DNA of 64,000 bases from an uncultured Candidatus Binatia bacterium (GCA_965218425.1 OZ244621.1:1376001-1440000), one strand, 5' to 3'. Positions 32,290 through 43,163 are shown, counted from the stretch's first letter. Notes: generated by a model not told the origin, from the letters alone. Translations and numbers: made by a program.

Positions 32290-32500
32290 TGATCCACACG
32301 GCGACGGGAGAGAAGAAACCCGACACGACATCCCTTAATCCTGCGGCCCACACCACCGGTTCGACCTGAACCGGATGGACTGCAAACAACAAGGTTCCAA
32401 CGCGCGCGGCCCAATCATTTCGAACAAGCAGGCTCAATACAGCAAATACCACCAGCACGCCTAGAAGATGAAAAAGGAAAAAGCATGAAAGGACGACGAT
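32290..32500 (-). pseudogene. Fragment of a TMTC/GT-C-type membrane glycosyltransferase gene
   Basis: LFHLLGVLVVFAVL...LLFAVHPVQVEPVVWAAGLRDVVSGFF matches the LFAVHPxxxE.V.W motif; the rest of the ORF is unrelated. Confidence 0.6.
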
Positions 32501-32570
32501 TCCTCTGGGAAAATCCACTGAATCGGTTATTATACTCCCCAGACTTACCCTTCACAACTTGCGGACTCCA

Positions 32571-33647
32571 ATGGTGCAAACAGCGCTTGAAGCTCTCGTC
32601 TCAGAAAAAATTCAGGCAACCTGGGGCAAACACTCTCGCCTCCAGCGTCTCGAACCACTGTCTGGCGACGCCTCAAGCCGATCCTATTATCGAGCCTTTC
32701 TAACGGGTCCCGGTGCTCCCCCCACGGTGGTTGTCATGAAACTCGCCGGAGAGGTTCTGCCCCTTTCCTCAGAGGAGCTAGTCGTTTTCAGCGAGCCCCC
32801 AGGGGAACTCCCTTTTCTCAATCTTCACCGTTTCCTCACCAAGCTGGGAGCACGTATCCCCGCATTGTACGGTCAGTGGGCCGATCAGGGGGTCCTCTTG
32901 TTGGAAGATCTCGGGAACTTCTCCCTCTGGGACTCGGTGCAGGGGCTGGAACCCCGAGACACCGTGAGTTGGTATAAGAAGGCCATCGACGGGCTGCTAT
33001 CGCTCCAGCTCAACGGCACCAAAGCGCGGGACCAGTCGTGCATTGCGTTCAAGCAGCGATTCGACTTTCGCTTGTACATGTGGGAGTTCCAACACTTCAT
33101 GGAATTCGGCATGGAACGCAGCGGGAAAGGAACCCTGGGAAAGAAAGAAAGGGACTTGATAATCGAATTCTTTTCTTCCATCTCGCGACAACTGGAGCGA
33201 CAGCCCTCCTACCTGAACCACAGGGACTATCACAGTTGGAACCTCATGGTTCACGACGAAGAGCTGGTCATGATTGACTTCCAAGACGCTCTGATGGCGC
33301 CCATCCAGTATGACCTGGCCTCGCTGCTAAACGACCGGGATACGGACAGCATCATTCAACCTGAACTGGAAAGCCGGTTGCTCGATTATTACCTCAGCCG
33401 GGCGGAAGATATGGGGGAGAAGATGCCCTCACGCGACGAATTTATGAAGAACTATCTCCTTTCAGCCCTGCAAAGAGACCTTAAAGTGGTGGGACGGTTC
33501 CATTACCTTGATCTGGTAAAGGGAAAGCCTCGCTACAAGCAGTACATCCCAATAACCTTAAAGCGAGTAAAGCGCCATTTATCGAGGCTTCCCAAGTTGG
33601 AAAAGCTATTGCCTCTCCTGGCCTCCCAGTTCACGGAGTTGCAATGA
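32571..33647 (+). CDS. amgK: Anomeric MurNAc/GlcNAc kinase (APH family)
   Basis: LSGDASSRSYYR, LLEDLG, HRDYHSWNLM, IDFQDA..YDLASLL; coupled to murU. Confidence 0.85.
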   Translation: MVQTALEALVSEKIQATWGKHSRLQRLEPLSGDASSRSYYRAFLTGPGAPPTVVVMKLAGEVLPLSSEELVVFSEPPGELPFLNLHRFLTKLGARIPALYGQWADQGVLLLEDLGNFSLWDSVQGLEPRDTVSWYKKAIDGLLSLQLNGTKARDQSCIAFKQRFDFRLYMWEFQHFMEFGMERSGKGTLGKKERDLIIEFFSSISRQLERQPSYLNHRDYHSWNLMVHDEELVMIDFQDALMAPIQYDLASLLNDRDTDSIIQPELESRLLDYYLSRAEDMGEKMPSRDEFMKNYLLSALQRDLKVVGRFHYLDLVKGKPRYKQYIPITLKRVKRHLSRLPKLEKLLPLLASQFTELQ

Positions 33648-34393
33648 AGGCCATGGTCTTTGCCGCCGGCTATGGCCGGCGTCTTCGTCCGCTGACCGAA
33701 AAACTCCCCAAGGCCCTGATACCGGTTTGGGGCCGGCCAATGATCGAATACCCCCTCCGACTCCTGAGAGAAGCCGGGATTACCGAGGTCATTATCAACC
33801 TCCACCATTTAGGGAAAAAGATCGAAGATGCGCTGGGCAAGGGGGAATGGCTCGGCATACGTATTCAATATTTAAGGGAAGAAGAACTCCTCGACACCGG
33901 AGGCGGGCTATTGAGAGCCAAGCCTCTACTCGATAAAGGAACCTTCATCGTCATCAATAGCGATGTGATGATCGATCTTCCCCTGAAGGACCTGGTTGCA
34001 TTTCACCGGCAGAAGAGAGCTACGGCCACATTGGTTCTACGCAAAGACGACATGGCGGATCGGTATGGGGCCATCGGAACCGCATCAGACGGCAGAATCC
34101 ACTCATTTCTCGGCCAACGACCCGTCCAATGGCCCGACGTTCCTTTGAGCAAGGTCATGTTCACCGGCGTTCAGATCATGGAGCCAAAGGTTTTTGACTA
34201 CATGGAGGGGCCAAGCCCCTTTAGCCTTACCAGGGTGACCTATCCGAGAATACTGCTGCGTGGGGAACCTCTTTATGGCTTTACCTTTGGCGGATACTGG
34301 CAAGACCTGGGCACCCGGGAGAGAATCAAAGAGGCGGAAGGCAAGTTAATGAGTGGAGAAGTGAAACTGCATTACCTCGAAAAGACAGAGTAA
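33644..34393 (+). CDS. murU: MurNAc-alpha-1-phosphate uridylyltransferase
   Basis: MKAMVFAAGYGRRLRPLTEKLPKAL, LDTGGG; follows amgK. Confidence 0.8.
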   Translation: MKAMVFAAGYGRRLRPLTEKLPKALIPVWGRPMIEYPLRLLREAGITEVIINLHHLGKKIEDALGKGEWLGIRIQYLREEELLDTGGGLLRAKPLLDKGTFIVINSDVMIDLPLKDLVAFHRQKRATATLVLRKDDMADRYGAIGTASDGRIHSFLGQRPVQWPDVPLSKVMFTGVQIMEPKVFDYMEGPSPFSLTRVTYPRILLRGEPLYGFTFGGYWQDLGTRERIKEAEGKLMSGEVKLHYLEKTE

Positions 34394-34447
34394 GAAAGGC
34401 GGGGGGCTCCGTGTCAAAGCTCTGTCTCTGTCTTCCTACCCCTGTCA

Positions 34448-35641
34448 CTATCTCTGTCGCTTCCCCAATTTTGTCCCCAAATAATTTTTTCCCGGAACAA
34501 TCTTGCCCAGGACTGCTCCGTGACCTGCCCCGGTGACCCGGGGAAGATTACCGGCATTACCCTCTACGGCCTCGTTGGCCAGGATGGCAAAGGCTTGGGC
34601 CTCCAGGGCGTCGCCATCAAAACCCAACTCCTCAAGCACCGACACTTTAGCGAATGGAAGTTCCCCCTGTAGCATTTCCATTAAAGTTCGATTTTTTCGA
34701 CCTCCACCGGTAAAGTAAATCTCCTCCACCTTGCCGAAGCGGCGGAGAATAGACTCCCGATAGGCCTTTGCAATGGATGAGGCGGTCAGAGCGGTGGCGG
34801 TCGCCATCAGGTCCAAGGGACGAATACCTTTTTTCCTTGCCCGTTGACGAAGGGCGGACACATATTCACCGCCGAACTCCTCACGGCCCGCGGACTTCGG
34901 TGGAGACGCCGCGAAAAAGGGGTGTCGCATCAGTTCTCTCAGGAGACCTGCATGCACCCGGCCTTTTTTTGCCAGCGCGCCCCCTCGGTCGAAACCCATC
35001 TTTCCTCTGGTAACCCACCGGGCGAGTCCATCCATAATCATGTTGCCCGGCCCCGTATCAAAAGCTACGACATCTTTGATTCGACCTCCGGCAGGAAGGT
35101 AGGTCAGATTCGAGATCCCGCCCAGATTGTGGATCGCCCGTGACCTCCTCTCGTTCCTGAAGAGCAAATAATGAACATAGGGTGTCAACGGCGCCCCCTC
35201 GCCTCCAGAAGCAACGTCAGCCGGACGGAACTCTGCAACCGTTGTCACACCGGTCCGTTGCGCAATGACGGCAGGCTCTCCAAGTTGGAGGGTGGACTTC
35301 CCACTGCCCTTGGGATGATGGTAAACCGTCTGGCCGTGCGAACCGATGAGATCCACGGAGCGCAGGGAGCGACCCATCTTTTGCACGACACGCGCTGCGG
35401 CCTGGGCAAAAAGCTTTCCGAGTCTAAAGTTCAGGGAAGCGATTTGGGAAACGTCCGATGGACGATTTTTCCCGTGCCCTATTTCCAACAGCTCGTCGCG
35501 AATGCGTTTTGGATAGGGGATGCTAACAAATCCCAGCGGGCGGAAACGACACCTTTCACCCGAACCGTTGATCTTACCAACGGCCGCATCGATACCGTCC
35601 ATGGAAGTCCCCGACATGAGGCCAATAACAAAGCGCTTCAT
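34448..35641 (-). CDS. anmK: Anhydro-N-acetylmuramic acid kinase
   Basis: GLMSGTSMDGID, GSHGQT, GGEGAPL, FDTGPGN, PKSAGREEF. Confidence 0.96.
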   Translation of the reverse strand: MKRFVIGLMSGTSMDGIDAAVGKINGSGERCRFRPLGFVSIPYPKRIRDELLEIGHGKNRPSDVSQIASLNFRLGKLFAQAAARVVQKMGRSLRSVDLIGSHGQTVYHHPKGSGKSTLQLGEPAVIAQRTGVTTVAEFRPADVASGGEGAPLTPYVHYLLFRNERRSRAIHNLGGISNLTYLPAGGRIKDVVAFDTGPGNMIMDGLARWVTRGKMGFDRGGALAKKGRVHAGLLRELMRHPFFAASPPKSAGREEFGGEYVSALRQRARKKGIRPLDLMATATALTASSIAKAYRESILRRFGKVEEIYFTGGGRKNRTLMEMLQGELPFAKVSVLEELGFDGDALEAQAFAILANEAVEGNAGNLPRVTGAGHGAVLGKIVPGKNYLGTKLGKRQR

Positions 35642-35680
35642 GGAACTCAGCGGGGCTCAAAGATTGAGGCGTGAAAAGTC

Positions 35681-37681
35681 TTATTCGTAGCGGAGTGCTT
35701 CAATAGGATTGAGCGTAGCTGCTTTCTCCGCAGGATGGTAGCCAAAAAAGATGCCAATGGCGGCAGAAAAACCGCAGGCTAGCAGAATGGATCCAGCCGA
35801 CACCAGCGTCTCCCAGCCGCCAAAGTAGGAGATGACGTAGGACGCACCGATCCCGAGGAGGATGCCAATCATTCCACCCAGGAGGCTAAGCACCATGGTC
35901 TCGGTTAGAAACTGCCTGCGAATGTCGCGCCTCCTCGCCCCTACGGCCAGCCGGACCCCGATTTCTCGAGTCCGCTCCGTTACCGAGACCAGCATGATGT
36001 TCATGATCCCGATCCCACCCACGATCAGAGCGACAGAAGCAATCCCTGCCAGCAGGTAGGAGAGCGTGTTGGTCGCCTCATTGGCAGCCTCCACGATTTC
36101 GGCGCGATTACGGATCCTGAAGTCGTCCGGCTTTCCCGGTGTAATTCTGTGGCGCCGGCGCAGGAGCTCCGCCATGTCTTTTTCGGCTTGATAAGTTGCC
36201 TGCTGACTTGTGGCGGCAACTTCGATTCTCTGGACGTAATGGATACCAAGGAGCTTTCTCTGGGCAGTACGTAGCGGCACGAACACGATATCATCCAGAT
36301 CCCTGCCACTTCCGGATGTTCCTCGCTCCTGGAGCACGCCAATAACCTCAAAGGGAATATGCTTGATCCTGACCACCTGTCCCACGGCGTATTGCTCTCC
36401 AAACAGTTCCTTCGCTACCGTTTTTCCCAGCAGCGCCACCTTCCGGTTCAAGAGCATATCCTCCTCGCTAAAGATGGACCCCGATTCGATGGGCCAGTTT
36501 CTGATGCTGAGATAATCCGGCGTTGTACCGGTGAAGCGCGTCAACCAGTTCTGGTTGCCGTATACGACGGGGGCCGAGCCTCGTACCATGGGCGCCGCCA
36601 TATGGACTCTATTCACCTCATTCACCAGTGCCCCGGCATCGGCGGCCGTCAAAGTGGTGATCGTGCCGCTGCCGGCGCTTCGCCCGCCACGCCTGGAGCT
36701 CCCCGAGTAAACCGTCAAGCGGCTGCTGCCGAGCCTCTCCATCTGGCTGGCGATCTTGGCCTTAGTACCTTGGCCGATGGCCACCATGGCAATCACGGCC
36801 GCCACCCCAATGACGACTCCGAGCATGGTGAGCGCTGAACGCATCTTGTTGACCCGCAGGGCCTTCAGGGCGGTGCGAACGTTCTCCAACAGGTCTGACC
36901 TCAAGCCTTTCGTTTCCTCGGACGACGGCTCCTCCACCTTCCAGGTGCCGACCGCAGAGCTATCGCCCCCTTTCTCTTCCCCTTCAATGACACCGTCCTT
37001 AAAATGAATAACGCGTTGGCAATGGGAGGCCACCTCCGGGTCATGGGTCACGAGGATCAGCGTGATGCCTTTTTCGCGGTTAAGCTGCTTGAAGAGCTCT
37101 ATGATCTCTTCACCGGTCTTGGTATCCAGGTTGCCGGTGGGCTCATCGCCCAAAATGATCTGAGGCCCGTTCAACAGCGCCCTCGCTATTGCAACCCTCT
37201 GCTGCTGCCCTCCCGACAACTGCGCGGGCTGGTGTTCCTCCCGGCTCGCGAGTCCTACCAACTCCAGCGCCGCCTTGGCCCTTTCCACACGCATCCGGGG
37301 TGAGGCCCCATTGTAAAGCATGGGGAGCTCCACGTTCTCCAGCGCACTGGTTCTGGCCATGAGGTTGTAGTTCTGGAAGACAAAGCCGATGGCGTGGTTG
37401 CGAATGTAGGCTTTCTCGTCCGGAGAGAGGCTTCCCACTTCCTTACCCAACAATCGATATTCACCTGAAGTGGGCTGATCGAGGCAGCCCAGGATGTTCA
37501 TGAGGGTTGATTTTCCTGAGCCTGAGGGGCCCATGAGGGCCACGGTCTCTCCAGGGAAAATTCTTAGAGAAACCCGCTTCAGGGCCTCCACCTTCTGTTC
37601 GCCAAGATCATAGACCTTGGTCAAGTTTTCAACTTCGACGATTGGAGGGCGTTCCATAAACCGACTTCCATCGGACATCAT
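35681..37681 (-). CDS. macB: MacB-type ABC transporter (ATPase-permease fusion)
   Basis: GPSGSGKS, LSGGQQQR, GGIGIMNIMLVSVTERTREIG, PIEALRYE. Confidence 0.92.
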   Translation of the reverse strand: MMSDGSRFMERPPIVEVENLTKVYDLGEQKVEALKRVSLRIFPGETVALMGPSGSGKSTLMNILGCLDQPTSGEYRLLGKEVGSLSPDEKAYIRNHAIGFVFQNYNLMARTSALENVELPMLYNGASPRMRVERAKAALELVGLASREEHQPAQLSGGQQQRVAIARALLNGPQIILGDEPTGNLDTKTGEEIIELFKQLNREKGITLILVTHDPEVASHCQRVIHFKDGVIEGEEKGGDSSAVGTWKVEEPSSEETKGLRSDLLENVRTALKALRVNKMRSALTMLGVVIGVAAVIAMVAIGQGTKAKIASQMERLGSSRLTVYSGSSRRGGRSAGSGTITTLTAADAGALVNEVNRVHMAAPMVRGSAPVVYGNQNWLTRFTGTTPDYLSIRNWPIESGSIFSEEDMLLNRKVALLGKTVAKELFGEQYAVGQVVRIKHIPFEVIGVLQERGTSGSGRDLDDIVFVPLRTAQRKLLGIHYVQRIEVAATSQQATYQAEKDMAELLRRRHRITPGKPDDFRIRNRAEIVEAANEATNTLSYLLAGIASVALIVGGIGIMNIMLVSVTERTREIGVRLAVGARRRDIRRQFLTETMVLSLLGGMIGILLGIGASYVISYFGGWETLVSAGSILLACGFSAAIGIFFGYHPAEKAATLNPIEALRYE

Positions 37682-37817
37682 TCCATTGCAATGAACAATC
37701 CATGACTCTAATCAGAAAATACTCCAGAGAGAATCGTCCCGTGTGGTAACGGTCGCATTCCGTCCCCGATGTTTAAGGGACCAACTCCCCGGCGACCTTG
37801 AGAGACACGGATCGGGA

Positions 37818-39200
37818 CTAGAACCCACCCAAGATCCGCCGACGCACCCATTGGGCCCGCCTTCCTCTCGGCCGTGTCTGGGCGGTCTGCACGGCGTCGG
37901 CGCGGATACCCACGATCACCCGATCCCCTTCTTTCAGGCCCTCTAAGATTTCAACATTCTTTGCGTCCCTGGCACCGTATCGAACGCGCGCCCTCTCAGG
38001 TTTTCCGTCGAGGTATACCCAGAGCCTGCCCCGCCCCCTGGGTCTCTCCCCACGGGACCGCCCGGCCCTTCTTCCTTTTCGACCCTTACGTCCTCCCCTC
38101 CCACTCCCGATTTCAGGATAAACCTTACGAATATCCCTCCTCTGAATCCGCAATCCCGCATGGGGCGCGAGCAGGACATCGCTTTTTCGAACCAATATGA
38201 TGGTAACATTGGCGGTCATGCCCGGCTTCAAGGCCAGATCTTCATTATCCACATGGATCTCAGTGTCATACGTGACGACGTTGCTCTGTATCTGCGGTGA
38301 CGGGTATATTTTTACTACCTCACCCCTGAAGATACGGCCCGGGTAGGAGTCCACCTGGAACTCCACCTCCTGCCCCGTGCGGACCCTCCCTATATCCGCC
38401 TCGTCCACCCAGGCATCAACCTTCATCCTGGTCAGTTCAGCGATCGTGACTATGGGTGGCGAGGAGAGACTTGCAGCCACTGTCTGGCCCGCCTCTACGT
38501 TTTTCGCGATGACAATACCCGAGACGGGCGCGCGAACCACGCTCCGCTTCAGTTTCACCTGGGCCAGGCGCAGCGCGGCTCGAGCAATTTTCACCTTGGC
38601 TTCAGCGGCCTGAATATTGGCCTGTTTGACCTTCGTCTCGTCCACGCGCGCGGAGCTTTCCTTAAAGCGGGAGGCGGCCATCTCCCATTCGGCCTTCACA
38701 CCGTCGAATTCCTCCTTTGAGATAAGGTCGCGGCGAAACAGCTCGGCAGCCCTCTTGTATTTCTTCTCGAGATTTTGATAGGACACCCTGGTTCCTGAAA
38801 TGCTCGCGGCGATCTGGTCTTTCTGCATTTTGACCCCGGCCTTTTCTTTGGCCAGGTTGGCAAAGGCGTCTTCAAGCTTGGCTTGCGCCTGAAGCACTTC
38901 AGCCCGGAAGAGATCCTGATCCAGTCTTGCGATGAGCTGCCCCACTTTGACGCGGGAGTTGACATCCACCACAAGGTCCTTGATGGTGCCGGAGACCTGG
39001 GTGCTGACCGTAACCGAGAGGACCGGATTCACCGAGCCCGTAGTTGTCACCCGGGAATAAATCTCCCCTTTTTTTACCTCGGCCAGTTGGAACGGGACGG
39101 GCGCATCTTCCTCCACCGGGAAGATGGTCGGTCCGGCCCACAAAAATCCGCCCAAAAGAACAACGGTCGTGAGGCTTCCCCAGAAAAGATATCGCTTCAT
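37818..39200 (-). CDS. MacA-like periplasmic adaptor
   Basis: VSTQVSGTI, APVSGIV..GQTVAASL, VDEADIG, LKPGMTANV. Confidence 0.9.
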   Translation of the reverse strand: MKRYLFWGSLTTVVLLGGFLWAGPTIFPVEEDAPVPFQLAEVKKGEIYSRVTTTGSVNPVLSVTVSTQVSGTIKDLVVDVNSRVKVGQLIARLDQDLFRAEVLQAQAKLEDAFANLAKEKAGVKMQKDQIAASISGTRVSYQNLEKKYKRAAELFRRDLISKEEFDGVKAEWEMAASRFKESSARVDETKVKQANIQAAEAKVKIARAALRLAQVKLKRSVVRAPVSGIVIAKNVEAGQTVAASLSSPPIVTIAELTRMKVDAWVDEADIGRVRTGQEVEFQVDSYPGRIFRGEVVKIYPSPQIQSNVVTYDTEIHVDNEDLALKPGMTANVTIILVRKSDVLLAPHAGLRIQRRDIRKVYPEIGSGRGGRKGRKGRRAGRSRGERPRGRGRLWVYLDGKPERARVRYGARDAKNVEILEGLKEGDRVIVGIRADAVQTAQTRPRGRRAQWVRRRILGGF

Positions 39201-39411
39201 TCAAAACGTCTCCGTCGGCCCTGAAATTAAACCAAATCCTCCCGGCTTGCAACAGAGAAGGGGGGGTTGTTTTGCCCCCCCTGATTGTGATAAGAATCCG
39301 ACCCCCGGAACCGATCGGGGCGAAAAAAAATTGGACTATCCGTTAGACGGCCCAGGGTTCCACAAGGTTGAGCATTGAAACTCGTTCACAGAGGTAAACA
39401 AGGGAGGTCTT

Positions 39412-40287
39412 ATGGCGGAAGACGTCAAAGAGCTGGTTAGGAAATACGATGAGGGAAAGATCGGCCGGCGGGATTTCATACGCCAGTCGGTGTTCCTCAC
39501 CGGCAGCCTGGCCGTTGCCACAAGCTTAATCGAGTCGCTGATTCCTGCCCCGGTCCACGCGGCAATGACGGACGCAAACGATCCGGACCTGGTCTCGGAA
39601 GATGTCAAATACACGGGAAAGGCGGGCACCCTTTTTGGATACGTCAGCCGCCCGAAGGGGTCGGGACGTCATCCCGCGATTATCATAATCCATGCGAATA
39701 AAGGCCTGACTCCTCATATTAAAGACGTCGCCCGTCGTTTTGCCAAGCAGGGATACGTGGCCCTCGCGCCGGACTATTTCTCGCGTCATGGGGGGACCAA
39801 AAAAGTAAATCCCGAATACGGACGAATCAAGGGGTACCGCAAGCTCGTACCCGAGGACAATGTCCTGGAGGACACCGAGTCCGGTTTTACGTATCTCCGC
39901 GGCCTCTCTTCCGTACGCGACGACCGCCTAGGAGTAACCGGCTTTTGTTGGGGCGGCGGTATGGCCTTTTCCAGCGCGGCACGCATCCGCGGGCTGAAGG
40001 CCGCCGTGGTCTTTTATGGCAGCAGCCCCAAACCCCTCGATCAGATCCGGGATATAGAGGCGCCGGTGATGGCCCATTACGGCGGAGAGGACAAAAGGAT
40101 CAACAAGGGTATCGACGCCACCGCAGCCGCCATGAAGAAGCACAATAAACCCTTCGACTATAAGATCTACCCGGGGGCGAAACACGCCTTCATGAGCGAC
40201 AACCGAAAGTCGCGCTTCCACCCTAAGGCGGCGAAGGAGGCCTGGAGCCGAACCCTGGAATTTTTCGGCAAGCATCTGAAGGGCTAG
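39412..40287 (+). CDS. Dienelactone hydrolase family protein (Tat-like leader)
   Basis: GRRDFI leader, GFCWGG nucleophile motif, YPGAKHAF. Confidence 0.92.
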   Translation: MAEDVKELVRKYDEGKIGRRDFIRQSVFLTGSLAVATSLIESLIPAPVHAAMTDANDPDLVSEDVKYTGKAGTLFGYVSRPKGSGRHPAIIIIHANKGLTPHIKDVARRFAKQGYVALAPDYFSRHGGTKKVNPEYGRIKGYRKLVPEDNVLEDTESGFTYLRGLSSVRDDRLGVTGFCWGGGMAFSSAARIRGLKAAVVFYGSSPKPLDQIRDIEAPVMAHYGGEDKRINKGIDATAAAMKKHNKPFDYKIYPGAKHAFMSDNRKSRFHPKAAKEAWSRTLEFFGKHLKG

Positions 40288-40848
40288 CCCGGATCCGACC
40301 TCAGTGGATCAAGGAACTCCTTCATGCGGAGCACCGGCCCTGCCGAAGGTGGATTTGCGCCGTGCAATTCGAAATCAGGCGTGAGAGTTGTTGCGGAACA
40401 ACCTTCGGTTCGGCTGTAGCCCTTGCTGCATAGATTCCACTTGCGCGTGTTTCTCGGTTTTCTGTCGGCTTGGGGACGGTTGCTTGCACCTTACGTTTCT
40501 TTCCCCTGCCTGCCAACCCGGTCTTGGGGCGCAGGGGGCCTGTCACGAAGAGAGGGAGACGTCCGATACCTGAGGCTTAAGCCATTTCGGACTGACGGAT
40601 CAAATGACGGGGCCTCGAGGCATAAGCCCATCGGCTCCCGCTGAGGGGCAGGCCCCCGGGTCCAGATTACCCTCGGGGAACGAGCCTACGGCAGGCTGCT
40701 CGTTCAATGCCCACCTTCTTCATCCTCAATCCCTTCGTCGCCCCAAAGATATTGGAGGATCTCGTTTGACATTCCAACTCCCCGGGAATAATAGTTTTAA
40801 CAACTGAAGCCGGCTATTTTCCGCAGCCTTCAGCCGAGGAGACACAAG

Positions 40849-41826
40849 ATGGCAAATCCTGAACTAACCCTGGCGTTGTCCCACTACGACCGGCATATTC
40901 CCCTGTTTGACGGGAGCGTCCAGGCGGAAGGCATTGAACTCGATGTCTTGCAGGTTGGCCAGAGCAGTCCCCTGAAGCATGGAGCGGACCGCCACGCCCG
41001 CATGCTGCAGAATGAAGAATTCGATATCTGCGAACTTTCACTTTCGTCCTACCTCATGGCTAGAAATCGGGGGTTGCCCTTCACCGCCATCCCGGTTTTT
41101 CCACGGAGGCTTTTCAGCCAATCGCAGATGTGGGTCAATATCGGTTCGGGGATCAGGTCTCCCAAAGACCTGATCGGGCGGAAAGTGGGGCTCAGCACGT
41201 TCCAAACGACCCTATCGGTACTCGCCAAGGGGGACCTCCAATCCGAGTACGGAGTTCCCTGGCGTGAGATCAAATGGATGGTTGCCAACGAAGAGACCGT
41301 TCCATTTAAACCTGAAGAGGGGGTAACCATCGAGCGCATTGGGCCGGATAAACGCATCGGTACGATGCTGAAGGACGGCGAGATCGACGCTTTGATGGTG
41401 CCGCACCCGGCTCGGGAAGTGGTCGCGAACCCGGACAAGATCCGGCGCCTGTTCTCCGACGCCAAGGCCGCGGAAGTCTCCTATTTTCGTAAAAACGGAT
41501 TCTACCCGATCATGCACCTGGTGGCTTTCAAGGATGAGGTCCTCGACCGGCACCCCTTTGCCGCGTGCAGCGTCCTGGATGCCTTCGAGAAGGCAAAGGA
41601 AACCTCCGACGGCTACTACCAGGACCCCAACTGGTCCCGCCTGGCCTGGGGCCGCCACCTCTTCGAAGAAGAGCGCCGACTTCTGGGCGTGGACCCGTGG
41701 CCCTGCGGCGTCAGGCGAAACCGGGACAACCTGGAGCGCTTCATGGGCTACTCCCTCGATCAAGGATTGATGGATAAGAGCCTCTCCGTGGAAGAGCTGT
41801 TTTTCGAATCCACTATTGACACGTGA
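40849..41826 (+). CDS. 4,5-dihydroxyphthalate decarboxylase-like / PhnD-SsuA substrate-binding fold protein
   Basis: YDRHIPLFDGSV, FDICELSLSSY, AIPVFPRR, YPIMHLV, DPWPCG. Confidence 0.85.
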   Translation: MANPELTLALSHYDRHIPLFDGSVQAEGIELDVLQVGQSSPLKHGADRHARMLQNEEFDICELSLSSYLMARNRGLPFTAIPVFPRRLFSQSQMWVNIGSGIRSPKDLIGRKVGLSTFQTTLSVLAKGDLQSEYGVPWREIKWMVANEETVPFKPEEGVTIERIGPDKRIGTMLKDGEIDALMVPHPAREVVANPDKIRRLFSDAKAAEVSYFRKNGFYPIMHLVAFKDEVLDRHPFAACSVLDAFEKAKETSDGYYQDPNWSRLAWGRHLFEEERRLLGVDPWPCGVRRNRDNLERFMGYSLDQGLMDKSLSVEELFFESTIDT

Positions 41827-42267
41827 GGCCGAAACGCTGCCGGGAATCCAGGTCGATCGGCCGGAAAGGAATAGCCGCTTCACGTCTCCCGGGGCAAGCC
41901 CAGTGGCCGTGCGGATAAGCCCGCTCCATGGACAGCTTCAGACTTCATATTTTTACCGAGTCTGATGGTCCGGCTCATGGCTCCAAAGCCGCGCAACGGC
42001 GATTACCGCAGCAAGGTGAGGAAAAGAATCGAGTCGTGCCCCGGTACAACGGCCCTGAGCCGCCAACTACGGCAATCGTTATTGGAAATGCTAAAAAGTA
42101 TTTAGGGAAAGGGGTTGGAAGGATTCCGGAAGCTACGGCAGCCCATGGAGGCTCTATCGATAACACCCCACTGCAACGAACACCCATACCCGACGCGCAA
42201 GGGAGAGGATAGCGGCACTACAAAAACAGCGAATCGCCCTGCCGGGTTCAACTCACCGGCCGTCCTG

Positions 42268-42912
42268 TCACGGGTTCTGCTCTCTTGACTCTTCAACGAA
42301 CCGATCGCCTTCCTGAAGCATCACTTCGTCGTCAATGCGGTACAGGATGATTTCTCCGGAGCTGATGAGTTTCCGCTTGTTGCCCAGACCCTCCTTTTGG
42401 ACTTGGAATATCGCCTTGCGGATCGAGCTCCGGACGAGCTTGTTTACGTCCCAGCGTTCGTGCCCCCGATAGCCGTGCTTGGTCGCCTTCTGGTACAACA
42501 GGGAAAGGCCTCCCTTCAAACTCGCCAGCCCTTTCTCATCCCTGTCCAATCTGAGCCGGGTCAAGCCCAAGACAAGCCATGCGATCTCGTCGTCCCGATT
42601 GACTCGAACCCCCCTCTCGAGAATCTGCCGGGCGTCCTCATACCTGCCGAGCTGGTAATACGCCCGCCCGAGCAGAGTCAGGCCGTCCAGATAGAAAGGG
42701 TCCTCCCTGACAAGGGCCTCAAGCAGCGGAACGGCCTGCCTCACGCCGGCGCCTCCCGGTCTCATCAGGTCGCGCGAGGCGGTGGTATACTTTCCCGCCT
42801 TCCCGATAGGGGGCAGGCGAAAGTCCAAAACGCTGCAGCCCGCCGCGAACAGCAGAACCGCGAGCCCCAGGGCGAAGCCCGCTCCAACAAATCTTTCTCT
42901 TCCGTAAGCCAT
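42268..42912 (-). CDS. TPR-containing lipoprotein
   Basis: Lipobox AAGC, TPR LLGRAYYQLGRYEDA; start ATG 42912. Confidence 0.75.
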   Translation of the reverse strand: MAYGRERFVGAGFALGLAVLLFAAGCSVLDFRLPPIGKAGKYTTASRDLMRPGGAGVRQAVPLLEALVREDPFYLDGLTLLGRAYYQLGRYEDARQILERGVRVNRDDEIAWLVLGLTRLRLDRDEKGLASLKGGLSLLYQKATKHGYRGHERWDVNKLVRSSIRKAIFQVQKEGLGNKRKLISSGEIILYRIDDEVMLQEGDRFVEESREQNP

Positions 42913-43102
42913 CGGGATTGATACTCGCCTATCGAGTCCTAAACGGCATGACGCCGATAACGGTTGTCGAGCCGGAACGCCACGGCATGAAAATCCGAAG
43001 CTCAAAGCCCGACACGCCGAACAGCGCGGAACCCTCGAACCCTGAACCTGAGATCCTAAAAGAGACCGTTCAGAACCCTATGCTCTTTGATAACGGGGCG
43101 GG

Positions 43103-43133
43103 AAAAAAGAAGGGGCGCTAATTGCGCCCCTTC
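43103..43133 (-). terminator. Rho-independent terminator of the porin gene
   Basis: Stem GAAGGGGCGC / GCGCCCCTTC with a 5-nt loop, followed by a T-run on the minus strand, 30 nt after the stop. Confidence 0.85.
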
Positions 43134-43163
43134 CAGATCCCGTTACGCTGACGTGCAAGACGC

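Noticed and set aside
41928..42212. 94-aa ORF between convergent genes
   Set aside because: No recognisable motif or clear RBS.
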